Below, in pieces: positions 24,259 to 58,440 of a stretch of 64,000 nt of DNA; the stretch's first letter is position 1, and every line of letters begins with the position of its first letter. The DNA is from Bugula neritina. Its lineage: Eukaryota > Animalia > Bryozoa. Made by a program: the position numbers and the translations under genes. The DNA lies in assembly GCA_964035545.1 (NCBI GenBank), contig OZ037765.1, positions 8,256,698 through 8,320,697 of the forward strand, given 5' to 3'. The notes beneath the pieces are model-generated. The model made no database searches. It was not told the DNA's origin and was given only the letters and a program-made list of their open reading frames with translations.

Positions 24259-26304
24259 ATGTCATCTGCGACTTTACAGTTCCAAAAACAAGTAGGCCAG
24301 CTTCAAGCTGAAGCAGCTTTGAATCGTATGAAATTATCTGATTCTTTGAAAGAGTGAGTTTGACTTGATATTTAATATTTATTCACCCTAGAAGTTGTAA
24401 ATAATAACTCAACAAGGTTATACTTATATGATTGTATTCATACTCACTATCAGTATGACCTTACTACACTATTAGTACTACTATTAGTATTACTATTAGT
24501 ATTAGAATTAGTAAAACTAAATCACTAAATGTAATGTTAATACTAACAGCAATAGTAATACTAATACTAATAGTAATAGTAATACTCATATTGTTAGTGT
24601 TAGTATTACTATTAGTATAAGTAAATTTAACACTAATAGTTATAGTATTACTAATAGTAATACTATTAGTATTAGTATTACTAATAGTAATACTTTAAAT
24701 ACTAATACTATTAGTATTACTATTAGTATTACTCTATTAGTATTGCTATTACTATAACTATTAGTATTAGTATTATTAAATACTAAATATAATACTAATA
24801 GTTACACTCTTATAGTGATAGTAGAGCTAAATACAATACTAATAGTAATGGTAATACTAATAGTGATAGTATTACACTATTACAGTATTAGTATTCCATT
24901 TACTATCACTATGACTATGTCTGTTAGCATTACATTTACTATCAGTATCAGTGTTGCTTTGAAATTGATGGTAAAATTATAATTGTAAATTGTTTAAGTT
25001 ATATTTAATTTTATAGTAATACTAATAATAATTTACTAATACTAATACTAATAGGAATACTAATACTATTAGTGTATTACTAATAGTATCAGTAATGCAT
25101 GATGATAATAAATATTTATATTTAATTATTGTTATTATCTAAGAGTAAGTGGTAGTCTATCACTGTGATTATAAACTCAAAAAACTCTTGCAATTTTATA
25201 GTCTCTATCCCTTGAGAGACCCCTGATAGAAATGTTTTTTTTAAAGCGGGCTAAAGACTTATTCATATGTGGCACAGAAGCAATAATGACTCGATTCTCT
25301 TCTTTACATCGTCAATGGCCTTTACTGGGTTTCGAACCCATGACTACATGTTTATTAAGCCAGTGTTCTAACCCCTAGACCACGGTTGCTCCCTGTGATT
25401 ATGAACTCAGTACTATAGCTATTTACTTGTAGTTTTAGTAATATTTATATTGGTAATGCCAATGCCCGATGATCTTACTATTCTTATCAATAGCTCAAGT
25501 TGGTGTTGTAGCCATATTGATATTCGTACTCGTACTGTTTCTGATACTGATCATCATATTCAGTAAGAGTATGAGTGCACACTGAGTAAGCACAACCCAA
25601 TATCATAGTGATAGTCATAGTTATAGAGCTTATCAAGTTCAACAATCAATATTTTGCATTTAATTTTTGTTGTTTTGCTTTTACACAGCATTCACACATA
25701 CACAAATTTGCATATCAGTAAAATGTGCTAATGCCACTTTTTACCATTGAGTCTTGTTATATGACTGTCAGCCCATTAGATACTTCAAAGTAAATAAACA
25801 GAGGAACATCACCTCTACAACTCATATAGAATGAACTTGATAAGCGCTAGAACTATGACTATCACTATATATTGGGTTGGGCATACTCAGTGTGCACTCA
25901 TACTCTTACTGAATATGATGTGCTTACTTTTTCCACTCCAGTTTAGAATAAGATATTAGGCCTATGCATAGTTTAGTTAATCTGGCTTGAAATATTTGCA
26001 TGCTATTTTCTTTTTAATTTTATAGCTACAGGTTAAAGGAAAAACTTAATTTACTAGATTTAGGTTATGTTGGTATGATTAAGTTTTAGCTGAATAACCG
26101 GTTATTGGTATTATGCTACTTACCAGTATGGCGCTGTCCTTTCAGCTTTGTTTAATTTCTGTTATCAACTAGTAGTATAATTTATATAATTGCTGCAGAA
26201 TGATGGACCATATTCAAAAATATGAAGCGGCTGATCCTTTTGTTGCTGGAATTGCCCAAAATGACAACCCATTCAAAGATCAGAAGGGATGCCTAATTCT
26301 CTAA
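24259..26304 (+). CDS. Heterotrimeric G-protein gamma subunit, 66 aa, 2 coding exons (24259-24353, 26199-26304)
   Basis: MSSATLQFQKQVGQLQAEAALNRMKLSDSLKE-MMDHIQKYEAADPFVAGIAQNDNPFKDQKGCLIL*. Shows the GGL pattern (QL..EA...R.K.S; DP...G....NPFK) and CaaX box CLIL; GA|GTGAGT...TGCAG|A in phase. Confidence 0.92.
25180..25393 (-). mobile_element. tRNA-derived SINE, copy A (in G-gamma intron, antisense)
   Basis: Minus strand has A box TGGTCTAGGGG and B box GGTTCGAAAC; 16-bp TSD TGTGATTAT(A/G)AACTCA at 25164-25179 and 25394-25409; homologous to 41067-41268. Confidence 0.88.
25552..25920. repeat. Fold-back element: ~90-bp inverted repeats (25552-25641 / 25832-25920) with ~190-bp spacer
   Basis: CATCATATTCAGTAAGAGTATGAGTGCACACTGAGTA...TTATCAAGTTCA matches the reverse complement of the right arm with few mismatches. 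Confidence 0.85.
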
Positions 26305-27088
26305 AGGAGGTATGACATAAATTTCGTCTTCAGTTTTTGAAATTCTTTGTATATGCTAAATTATCTTGAAAACATTTATGTATCGACATGAAATTTCTTT
26401 TTTAGATCATCTGTTTTCAATCTAGTCCTAAATTTGAACACATTGTAACCCTGTAGTAAATGGTGAATCTCGAAGTGTCGCTAGCAGCTCTAAAGTGGGA
26501 AACTGTAATCATTTCATGTTTACAGAAGCTCTATATTGCTTTACAATTGCTTTATAAGTAATAGTCATCTTGTTTTACTGTTATAACATGTTTTATTTAA
26601 AAATATAAATGTTGATTTATTTATAATAGAAGTATTACAATAATAGAATGAATATTATACGGCTTTTAGAATGCCAGCTTTTTATTGCCACATAAGTCAG
26701 CAAGATTTTATGTATTAAATATATTCTGATTGTTGTCAATTCATCAGATGCTTCAATTAAATAATGAAAAATAAAAAATGAATGTTAAGAAAAAAAAACC
26801 TCTACTCCGATTGTTTTAAAATATTAAGCTGCTGTAGCTGAGAAATGTCTATGAATTTTGGTTTAGAGTGCAAGATTTAGATTTTGCAAAAACATCATTT
26901 ACGGGAGATTTTACTATCTACAACATAGGCCTCTTCAAATTTTTCTAACCTGCACTTACATTTGTTTAAAAAAAATCTAAATTCCAAAAAAGCTCAAATA
27001 CGAGTAATAAAGATAGTGAATGAATATGAAGTTTATAAATCACTAAAAAACAATATAAAATATACAGAATATCAAACTGGGAATGATA

Positions 27089-34395
<7,307 letters not shown>

Positions 34396-36976
34396 TCATA
34401 CAATAAAAATGGTTGCATCATCAACATATCTAAACTTCTATAATATCTTGTTACGATTCTGTTTATAGGACCGACTGGTAACAACTGGTTTTAAGAATCT
34501 CGTTTTATTTAAAACAAAGAATAAAGATAACCGTATTTGTGGAATTTATAATTATACTCTTTCAAGGTCAATGTATCAAAAAATTTATATAAAAATATGT
34601 AGTATTTTTACAAATCCTGCTATAATTCAATAAAGAAAAAGGTAAACATTTACAAGTGTGATGCTATAATAGTAAACTTTTAAGCGCCTGAACTAAGTTG
34701 AGATAGAAAAATGTTAGTTCAACTGCACAACTCTGTTTATATCTTCATCTTTCATTTCAACAGAAATGGTTTTACAAAAAGCATAACTTAAAAATCACCA
34801 ATTCAATAAAATAGCTACATGCAACATTATTTTATAAACAAGATTCATACTTACTAGTCTACGAAATGACAAGCAACAATATAAAGCTACTACCAACTAA
34901 ATCAACATATATCCACTAAACTGTATGCAATCAATTGGTGAGATAATGCTCTAATCATAATTTGGTATATGCTATCACCATATTGTCAAACAATAAACTT
35001 ATGGAATCCTCATAGATGTGTTAATAGGGTTGTTACAGAATAATCAAGAAGATAAAGAGCTTAGGAGATAATATTTAAGGTCAAATGATAAACTTGCACT
35101 AATAATTTTGAAGATTTACCCGAGAGTTACACTTTAACCAAAAACTTTGGATTCAAACGGAATGTAAAATTAAACATTTTACATGGCATAGTATAACATT
35201 ACCATATTATAAAATTTTCTGAATATTGAAAAATAATTCTAGTAGGCAACTAGTATATAAAACTATCCAGATTTAGTAAGAAGCTAATAAAGAACTGGAT
35301 TTATGAGTTATAATTAACTGTATTACAATTATTAACTTAATAAAAACCATTGCTCAAGCATAAAACTTAAAGTATGCCTTAATAACAAACTAAATGTCAA
35401 ATTAGCAACACATATCAACTTTATTAAAAAACAGGACAGTAATTTTGTAGCGTTTACCAAATTTGGCAATAATCATGATAATTCTCAATTTTGATAATAA
35501 ATTTGTAATAATATGCACAAAGTAGTTTTTAAAATTTTATCTTGCTTATGCTAAAACTTAGTGCACTAGTTGAATGGATATGCTACCTTTGTCTTTTTAT
35601 CACCTCTTTATTTACCAATTAGACTAACTTCAACTTGAGTTCAAATTCTGAGGCAAGAGCAAATAATTGATCTATCTCAATTTTAAATCTATATTTTTAC
35701 TATAACCTGCATCAAATGCAATGATACTGGTTATGATTAAAATAGCTATAATTATAGTAATACTACGATTGATTTCATGATTAGGATTATGGTACACAAT
35801 ATAAGAATGAATATATAAACTATTGCACTCAAAATTATAGTGATAGTCACTTAATAATAATAATGTATCAGTAAAATCACTTATTATTAAACTTGAACTT
35901 ATTAAAAATTAAATAAGCTAGTACTAGGCAATATGAGTATGACTACCATAATCACTATAAGTATCAGTCTGAGTATGATAGTGAGTGAGTATGGCCATCA
36001 ATATTAGTGAGGGTATTACTTTACTACAGTAAAATAAAAACTAATTTCATGACCATAGTTAGCCATTTGCATAGGATCTGGTCTAGATGTAAGCCATTGA
36101 CTACTGTGATTTTCATTGTCACTATCAGTATGAGTATCATTGTTATTACACCTTCACTTTGACATACTGTTGATAATCATAATTGTGATAGTATTAATGA
36201 TTGTAAAGTTGTAAATTGTTAAAGCTGAGTCTGTTATAATAAATGATTAACATTTTGAATCATATAGTTATTCTTACAATTACTGAGTAGCGAGTAACAC
36301 TAACTGCAACTAATCCTACACATACTGAAAGTGTAACTCTACTTATAGTTGTAAGCATAGCCACAGCTAGGAAAAGCATGTTCCACACTAGTTTTTTTGC
36401 CACAAACAATTCATGAGATGTGAGGAGAATATAATGACTAATTACCAAACAGCAAGTGCTGTTACAAATGCTAACCCTGGTCTAATATAAGTTGTTACTA
36501 GAGGCTTCCCTATGGCTATAGCCATTCCAGCTGCTGCGGAAGTTCTACCTCAACTAAGGTAAAGCCCATAAGTCATAACTTCAAGTTGAAGCGTTGAATT
36601 AAAATAAAAATAAAAATACATAGCCTACTCATTCTCATAGTCATACGACTACTCTGACTCTGAGTAATAGTAGGCATACACTTAGAGTTAGTCTTACTCT
36701 TACTCTTAGAGTTACACTTACTGTGTATGTTGGTGACTTACTGTTAGTGTTACACTTACACTTGCAGTAACTGTAATACTAATACTAATAGTAATACTCA
36801 CACCATTAAACTTAAAGTAAGTGACAGTGACATTGTAAGTCTAAGTTGCTGTTACTGCTAGTAACACTTACACTGTGCTAGACTTAGTGCTAGTGTTCAA
36901 GACTAAGAGTAAGAGTTAGCTTTAGATTAGGAGTAAGACTAACTGAGAGTGAGTAACAGTAACTCTACTTCTAGTC

Positions 36977-37136
36977 TAGGAGCAAATAGTAATTATATTT
37001 ATAGTATATTGACCTTACTGGCTTACACCTTGACTTGCTCTAACTCTAAGACCTGAGTAAGTCAAAGTCAAAGTGTAACTGTAACTCAAACTGTAAGCCA
37101 GTAAGGTCAATTTACTATAATCACTATTTGCTCCTA
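36977..37136. repeat. Inverted repeat, ~50-bp arms
   Basis: TAGGAGCAAATAGTAATTAT...ATTGACCTTACTGGCTTACA versus TGTAAGCCAGTAAGGTCAAT...ACTATTTGCTCCTA. Confidence 0.8.
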
Positions 37137-37659
37137 TTACCTATGATAATATTAAACAATGTTTAATAATTTATAATGATATTTACATTAAAAGTAATTA
37201 TATTGGTAAGCATTTTAATAATTAACACTATCTAAATCTTCGTATTTAATTTTATGTTTAATATGCCATGATAATGCCCATGATGATCATCCTACTACTC
37301 GGATGATTATTGCTCTGTGTTCCGGCTTGTAAATACTATATAGCACGTCCGTTCAAGAAAACTGTTATCCGAATATATCTATAGATTTAAAAATATTGTC
37401 ATCTGTGGTACACAGTTTAACTGAGACAACTCAAATATTTATTTTTTGTTCAGCGACAGCGTTTGCTTATTTATAGAGTAGATAACCCCATAATAATATT
37501 CAGTTCATCCTAAAACATTCTTAGCCATTGAACTATAATACCTTTATAGTTTATAGGTTATAGTTTCAGTTCAGTGTTCTTAGCTTTGTGGAAAGCCGAT
37601 AAGAGTTATCAATAGCGATGCACTATTCCGGAGGTAGACAACTTCTTTTGCCTGATGCC

Positions 37660-37850
37660 AAGTTCAGAAGTCAGCCAAAACAAAGGGCCACATGACTGTA
37701 CACATATTAATTTTTATTATCATAAAGTAATTTGTCACCAAACTTATACTGTGCTTATAACAGCTTTTACTCATTTTAGCATTAAAAGGGCCACTGAAAA
37801 ATGGACAAAGGGCCACAGGTGGCCCTGGTATTCCCAGTTGCCCACCCCTG
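37660..37850. mobile_element. Probable hAT-type non-autonomous transposon remnant
   Basis: Ends in GTTGCCCACCCCTG (reverse complement CAGGGGTGGGCAAC, a hAT-like TIR) with repeated AAGGGCCAC subterminal motifs. The other end is not evident. Confidence 0.4.
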
Positions 37851-39157
37851 CACTATATTGTTACATTGCACTTATATTGGCTACACAGCATAGTATATAA
37901 GTTTAGCTGCAATTTATATTTGTTGGGCAGCATGAATGCAACAGATAAAAATAACTCTATTAATAGTTTTTATTATAGATACTCATACAGCAAAAGCTAA
38001 AGTGTAATGTGAAATACTAATGACCAAGCATGGCCATCTGGTTTTAGTTGTTGAAGGTTTTAAAGTTGATAAAAAAAGTAAGTAGAGTTATAAAAATTTT
38101 ACGGTCAATTTACATGCACAGCTACATTTTTAGCTTACGTCTCACTAAAAGAAATATTAGTTCTAAATATAATTGGGAATGTATATTTTAAGCTAGAATA
38201 TACTTAAATTCTAATAAATTGAATGTCAAAATTATGAAAATGTTGCATGTTCAAAGAGTCCACTTTATTTGTAAGAAAACAACTATAATTAAAGTAATTG
38301 AGTTTTTTGAAATTATAACTTGATTATACTTGACTTTTTTATAACATCGCAAAAGTGAATGAAATAACACAAGCTTGTGTACTAAAGTACGAAAGATAAC
38401 TAAAAAACCATTGAAAAACTAACAAACGAGATTGTCCCATTTTGCTATATTAACTGCTGAACAAAATTTGTACGAAAACTTTTGTACACAAAATACGATG
38501 TTTTGGAAACATAAGTAAAAGTCTAAATAACTTGTATTTTGACTTTTGCTTTTTAACACAGCATTCTAACTTATTCACATGTATTCTAAACCATTTTCAT
38601 GCATAAGTAAAAAGTATTTAGTATATCCAGTCGAATATTTATACTATAAATAAGTATGCATTACTGCATCAGTATTCAATTACTCTATGCGCCCAAACTA
38701 CTATTTCATAGGATAACAAAAAATGTAATTATTTTTTGTAGCTGCTGCTGTTCAAGGTGATCTTTAACTTCACTTTTTAAAGATTTATTAAAGCTTTTAA
38801 AAAATGATTCATAATAATTATTTCGTAAAATATAATCTACAGTTATACAAAACTGGAAGTGCATGTGTTGAAAAATATAAGAAAAATATTGACAATAAGA
38901 AAATATAATATTATGCAAAAATATAACACTTTAATGTACAGCAAAGTTATGCTAAGTTATTTTTTGATGGCTTTGATTCAATTACTGCTAAGACTGCATA
39001 TTATTTTTATTTGCTGTTAAATTGTCAGAATTTAAATTTTACTATATCTGTAACATTTTGTGTTGTCCACATGACACACAATTTTCAACCATCAGTGCTA
39101 TAGACTAAGAGTTTAAATTAAACGATTTGCTCTTGAATAAAGCTTATTTCTGAAACT

Positions 39158-53342
<14,185 letters not shown>

Positions 53343-55814
53343 ATCTGCGATTATACACTTTCATCACTATATGCTGTATACAGTCTGGCTCATCTTATCT
53401 TCAAAATATAAACAGGATTTTAAACATGCATTATTAATATAAAATCCATTGGCCCAATCATTTCTTAGATAAAAAGGTGTTTGCTCAAGTATTAAAACTT
53501 TTAGCTCTATGAAACAAACAAATAATACTTTGTGAACAGGATGCAGCAAGTTGGTAACCCCGCCGACAGGGTTTACAGTCTGGATAAGTCTAGACTACAA
53601 TATTCTTTCATAAGTTTATAAAATTATAATCCTTATTTGGGATACTTATGGCGTAATGAGACACAATTACAATAAATGACATAGTAATAATTGATGAAAT
53701 TTTGATAAAAGCATATCTATTTATTTTAAATGCACTATATATAATGCAAAAAAACTCTGCCACCCGATTAGAACGTGGTGATGAACGGTGAACAAAGGTG
53801 AGCATATGCAAAACAATGCATTTGCCAAGAGAGTCAAGATATTGCACTGTTAAAGAATCCCTGACACACTTTGCTTATATAGTATGAAAATATCCATCTA
53901 TATCTTAGCTATCATCTCAACATCACTGTGAGGGTGGATGGCCAGACTGTGGTTGAAAAAGTTGTAAGTATTATGTTAAATAAGATAGGTAAGTATTATC
54001 TATGGGTGCAATGAAAAAATTGATATCCATCAATTTTTGTTGTCTCGGAATAGTATCACTCAATATAATAGTCTGCTATGTCAAAGTTTCATCATTACTA
54101 TTATGTAATATTTGACTGAAACTTGCTGATGTAGCTAGTTGTATAAATAATTGCTTACCTCAGCACATTTGCTCATGATTATGATTGAAGCTTGTAAAAC
54201 ACATCCATTTGACACTGTGATTTGGCTTCTGTGACATGCATTGTATAGTAATACAATCTAGCAATTGCAATCAATCACTATATACTATACGTTACAGCGT
54301 ATTGATTATAGACAGCAACATTCTTTTATGCAACTTTATTGTATTAGGTATATCCTTTCAACTGCACAATGGAGCAGAACATAAACAATTACAATAACTA
54401 TGTATGCATTATGTAATCATTAAAAAACCTGTATACCTCAATGTGCTTGAAATGCATGTAATTGATGAATATACTAGGTGAATTATGAAAACTCAAATTT
54501 TATTGTTAGCTAATATATAATGTAATGTAATCTTGTATTTTGTTGACCAGTCAATATCTATTGGTGCAAAGTAAGGTAAACAAAGATCAGTAGGCAATGA
54601 GTGCTTGTGTGTGACTTGTATAAACAGACTGCATGTTAAAATTTGTGTGTAACTCGTTACTACAGAAAAACTGTATTGAAAATCAGTAAGCAGAACCTCT
54701 TGATAAATTTAAAAACATATTTTTTATTTTCCGGCAAAAGTGACATGAGTTTTGATTGCCTGGTTGTTTACAAATAGAATGTTTGATATGTGTCGGTGAG
54801 GATATGATTCTACCAGCACTTATGACCCAGCTACTGTAGTTACTAGGGTACAATATTTTAGTTTAATGATATCAAATTAAAAGCTTACAAGGTGCGTTTA
54901 TACCTTAAAGCTTTTTATTAAACACTTTTTGTGTCCCAGGGTGACCAATATTGCAAGTTCTAGGCTCAGGAAGTAGTAATATTATTATAACTTAAACCAT
55001 CACTCTAAACTTCAGATATCAAACATTATTAGTAACCACTAAATCAAAGACTACAAGTGTGGCCTCAATATTCAGTGATAAACTATATGATTGTCAGTTA
55101 ATTAGCTTTGGGTCATAATTTTTTTTACAAACTTAGCTGAAACTTTTCAATCAAATAAACAAAGAAAGTATGGCGATATATAATAAAACATGCCTCACTA
55201 TTTCTGAAGCTATAATCTATAAATTTAATAATCATGTATAAACAACTTGTCAGGAACAGAAACAATACTGATCTGAGAAATTATTGTCACTACCCAAATA
55301 ATAAATTATACCACTACAGACATTTTGCAGTTTGCAATAATATAATATTGGTAGAATTATAAATAATGAACAAATACAAATATATCAAGATAGCGTATAC
55401 TGTATATAAAATTAATAAAGCTAAACAACAGTATGATGTAACATAATTCCAGTGCCATTTGTTACCTACTGGCAACATTCATGGTGTTATTTGTTGAATT
55501 CTCATCAAAATATACAACATAGGTGTTGAAATAATTAATTAATACAATAAAATACAATAATATAATTTATAGAAAATTGTTTTCAGCTTAAAAACATTAC
55601 AATTTTCAACAGTGAATAGTTATGAATTTTGTCTATACTTTCACAAACTAATACATTATAAGTATACAAGAAATAGTAGACATAACATAGCAATGTGATG
55701 ATTAGAATGGTGAGGTTATGCATTTCAAAAATGAATATAATTACTGTAACACTTCATGTCAGCAAAAACAACAAATATATAAACTTCCAATAAATGACTA
55801 GAGATTTCAGATTT

Positions 55815-58440
55815 CTAATTAGACTTTCCAGTGTTCCGCTGCTGAGCATCAAGAGAGGTGAGGTTGAATGAGGCAGCAGCCAGGTGAATCCCACTTATGA
55901 TACTCTTTACCGCCGCAATCGGCGTGGAAACAATCGTCAGTAGCTTTATCAGACTCATTCCTAAAACTAAAATATTAAACTACATTAAACAGACGAGTAA
56001 ACTCAGTATAAATCTTACTTACAACTATTCAATAGATGCTCAATCTAATAGAAATTTGTGATGCAAAATGTCTTCTAAAATTATATTTAGTTAAAAGAAT
56101 GTGAGCTAAAAAAACGGTTAACAGATGTCATAATTTTTCATAAAATTTGAAAAATAACCCTTTCAGACAATAACAAATAGTTAGCTAATTTTATAGAAGT
56201 AATTGCAAAAAAATTTAAAATTGATGAAAGATATATGATGGTAAAACGTTGATGAGGAGATAACTAGTTTGATACGAGTTATCTAGAGGAGAGAACACAA
56301 CTCAGTACACAACAAGGAAAACCATAGGAAATTGTACCAAACATACCTGTAGGTCCGGCAGTGAAGTGTAGGAGATACAGCCCCACATAGAACAGCTCAT
56401 TACCAGCACACATGAAGAAGAGAAACAACTACAACATAATATCAGAGACATATTTAAAGAGCCAGATAAACATTTGAACAATTACTAACTGGGATTAAGT
56501 ATCATTCATTATATTCTATTTTACTAGACTATGAAAGAAATGTAGTATATAAAATTGATAAACTAAACAACAGTATGATGTAACATTACTTCAGTACCAT
56601 TTATTACCTATTGGACAGACAACTCTTTGGAATTGTAATAAAAATGACTTTCACTGAAGTTTTTAAAACATATTGGAATAAATGACCAATACAAAAATAT
56701 GCTAATGCTAGGAGCATTACAAATGTCAAATAAATGTAAATGTTAAACGTTACCCTGTTGGTGTAATAAAAATGAAGAATTGGGTTTTCAGACAAATCTA
56801 TAGCTTTGTGACTTGTTCTTCCAGAAATGATAGTTCTAAAGATATACACATGCATTAATATACATGCCAGTATAGACAAACAAATACTTTGTTTAACCAG
56901 AACTTTTCAAGTTCGGTTATTAGAAAGGAAAAGTTAATTCCATTAGCATTGGTTCTGTGCCACATCAACATAAATCTGTATACAGCTTATTAAAGGTTTT
57001 CTGTTACCCAACCTGCTTTTGTACCATTAAAATGCTCTAGCATAAGTACAGAGTTTGTACCAAGTAAAAATATACTCTACCATGTATTAAGACAAAATAC
57101 CCAAAGGTCTCAAATAAACTCAAACAAAACATTAATTAAATATGTTTGTCCTTCTAGTTTTGGAATTTATATTTCAGAAGCACATGATATCTTTGTGTTG
57201 AGTATATTTAGTATAACTCAAACATTCCAATGACATAAAAAGAGGTAGGCAGCACAAAGCCTTTAATGTAGTAGTTTATACAAAGAAATAAAAAATTCTG
57301 CTATATCTTTATGGACAAAACTCTCCGAATCACCTTATAAAAACTAACAAATGTATTACTTCCATGTAGAAATATCAACAAGTATACATTACTATGATAA
57401 TATTCACATACAATGGTAACTCACGTATGAAGATGCAGCCAATGGCTAGCAATATCCAGTGCAGTGCTCATTTGAAACCAGAAAGCGTATTCAGGGTAAA
57501 ACATAGCTAGAGTCATGAGCAGGCATGCAGTAGCACATCTGTCGGTTAACATGTCCAACATTGCTCCAAAAAGAGAAGCTGAAAGCATAAAGTACAACTT
57601 ATTCAGTCTACAATCATTATTAATATAAAGTGACAAGAACACTTTATTAGATGTAGTAAATGAGGTTGATACAAATTACCACTCAATATGCATGTATGCT
57701 TGCTAGCCACCTACAGACTTGGAGCTGCACAAACTGTGAAAATATCCAATGTTAAAAACTGCCTTATATTATGACAAATTAAAATTGATGTTCCCATGTT
57801 TTGTGCCTGCAATAGAAAGTAAATGGTCACGGAGAAGCTGACTTGGACATTTTCGAAAGATCTTTTGACATCTAGTACTTATTAGAAAGCTAAAGCTTGG
57901 CACTATAACCCAAACTTAATTCAAACACTTTTCGTATGTTATAAATTTAGTAAATCCAAAGCATTGACTACGGCCAAAATTCTAGCTTAGATATAAAAAC
58001 CTGAACAAAAAGTAAAATAAAATAGTGCATACTTTGGTTAAGGTATCTTGCAGCGTGTCCATCTAAAGCGTCCAGCAATCCACTAACCACATAGCATGCT
58101 CCTGCAGCCACATAGTTGTGGGGCATATAATAGCAGGACAGAATGGCCAGTATAATCCTGCCATAACCTAACAATAGAAGTTATAGCAAAAGATTTAGTA
58201 ATGCTATAAAAATGAGTGGTGTAACAGCTTAGACGATTTTTGTTTCAAGAGTCCCTAGAAAAAAACTTCCCCTGATGATGACCAGGTGCCCAGTTACATG
58301 TGAACCAAATCAATTCTGAGCCTGAATTACTGACAAGATTTTAGTTGGCTCATAACAAACAAGAGAAAATCAAAACAAACCTACTCACCAATCAAATTAG
58401 GCACGTACAAGAGGACATCTTTTGCTGTGGTTTGAGACAT
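55815..58440 (-). CDS. CDIPT: Phosphatidylinositol synthase, 6 coding exons approx. 58389-58440, 58033-58167, 57425-57578, 56754-56835, 56347-56427, 55815-55960
   Basis: VLLYVPNLIGYGRIILAI...SGLLDALDGHAARYLNQ...FGAMLDMLTDRC (CDP-alcohol phosphotransferase motif)...LDIASHWLHLH...SHKAIDLSENPILHFYYTNR...CAGNELFY. Confidence 0.96.

Noticed and set aside
58275-58333. C/D-box snoRNA-like motifs (ATGATGA...CTGA)
   Set aside because: Antisense to the host CDIPT intron, short, and with no terminal stem or recognisable guide.
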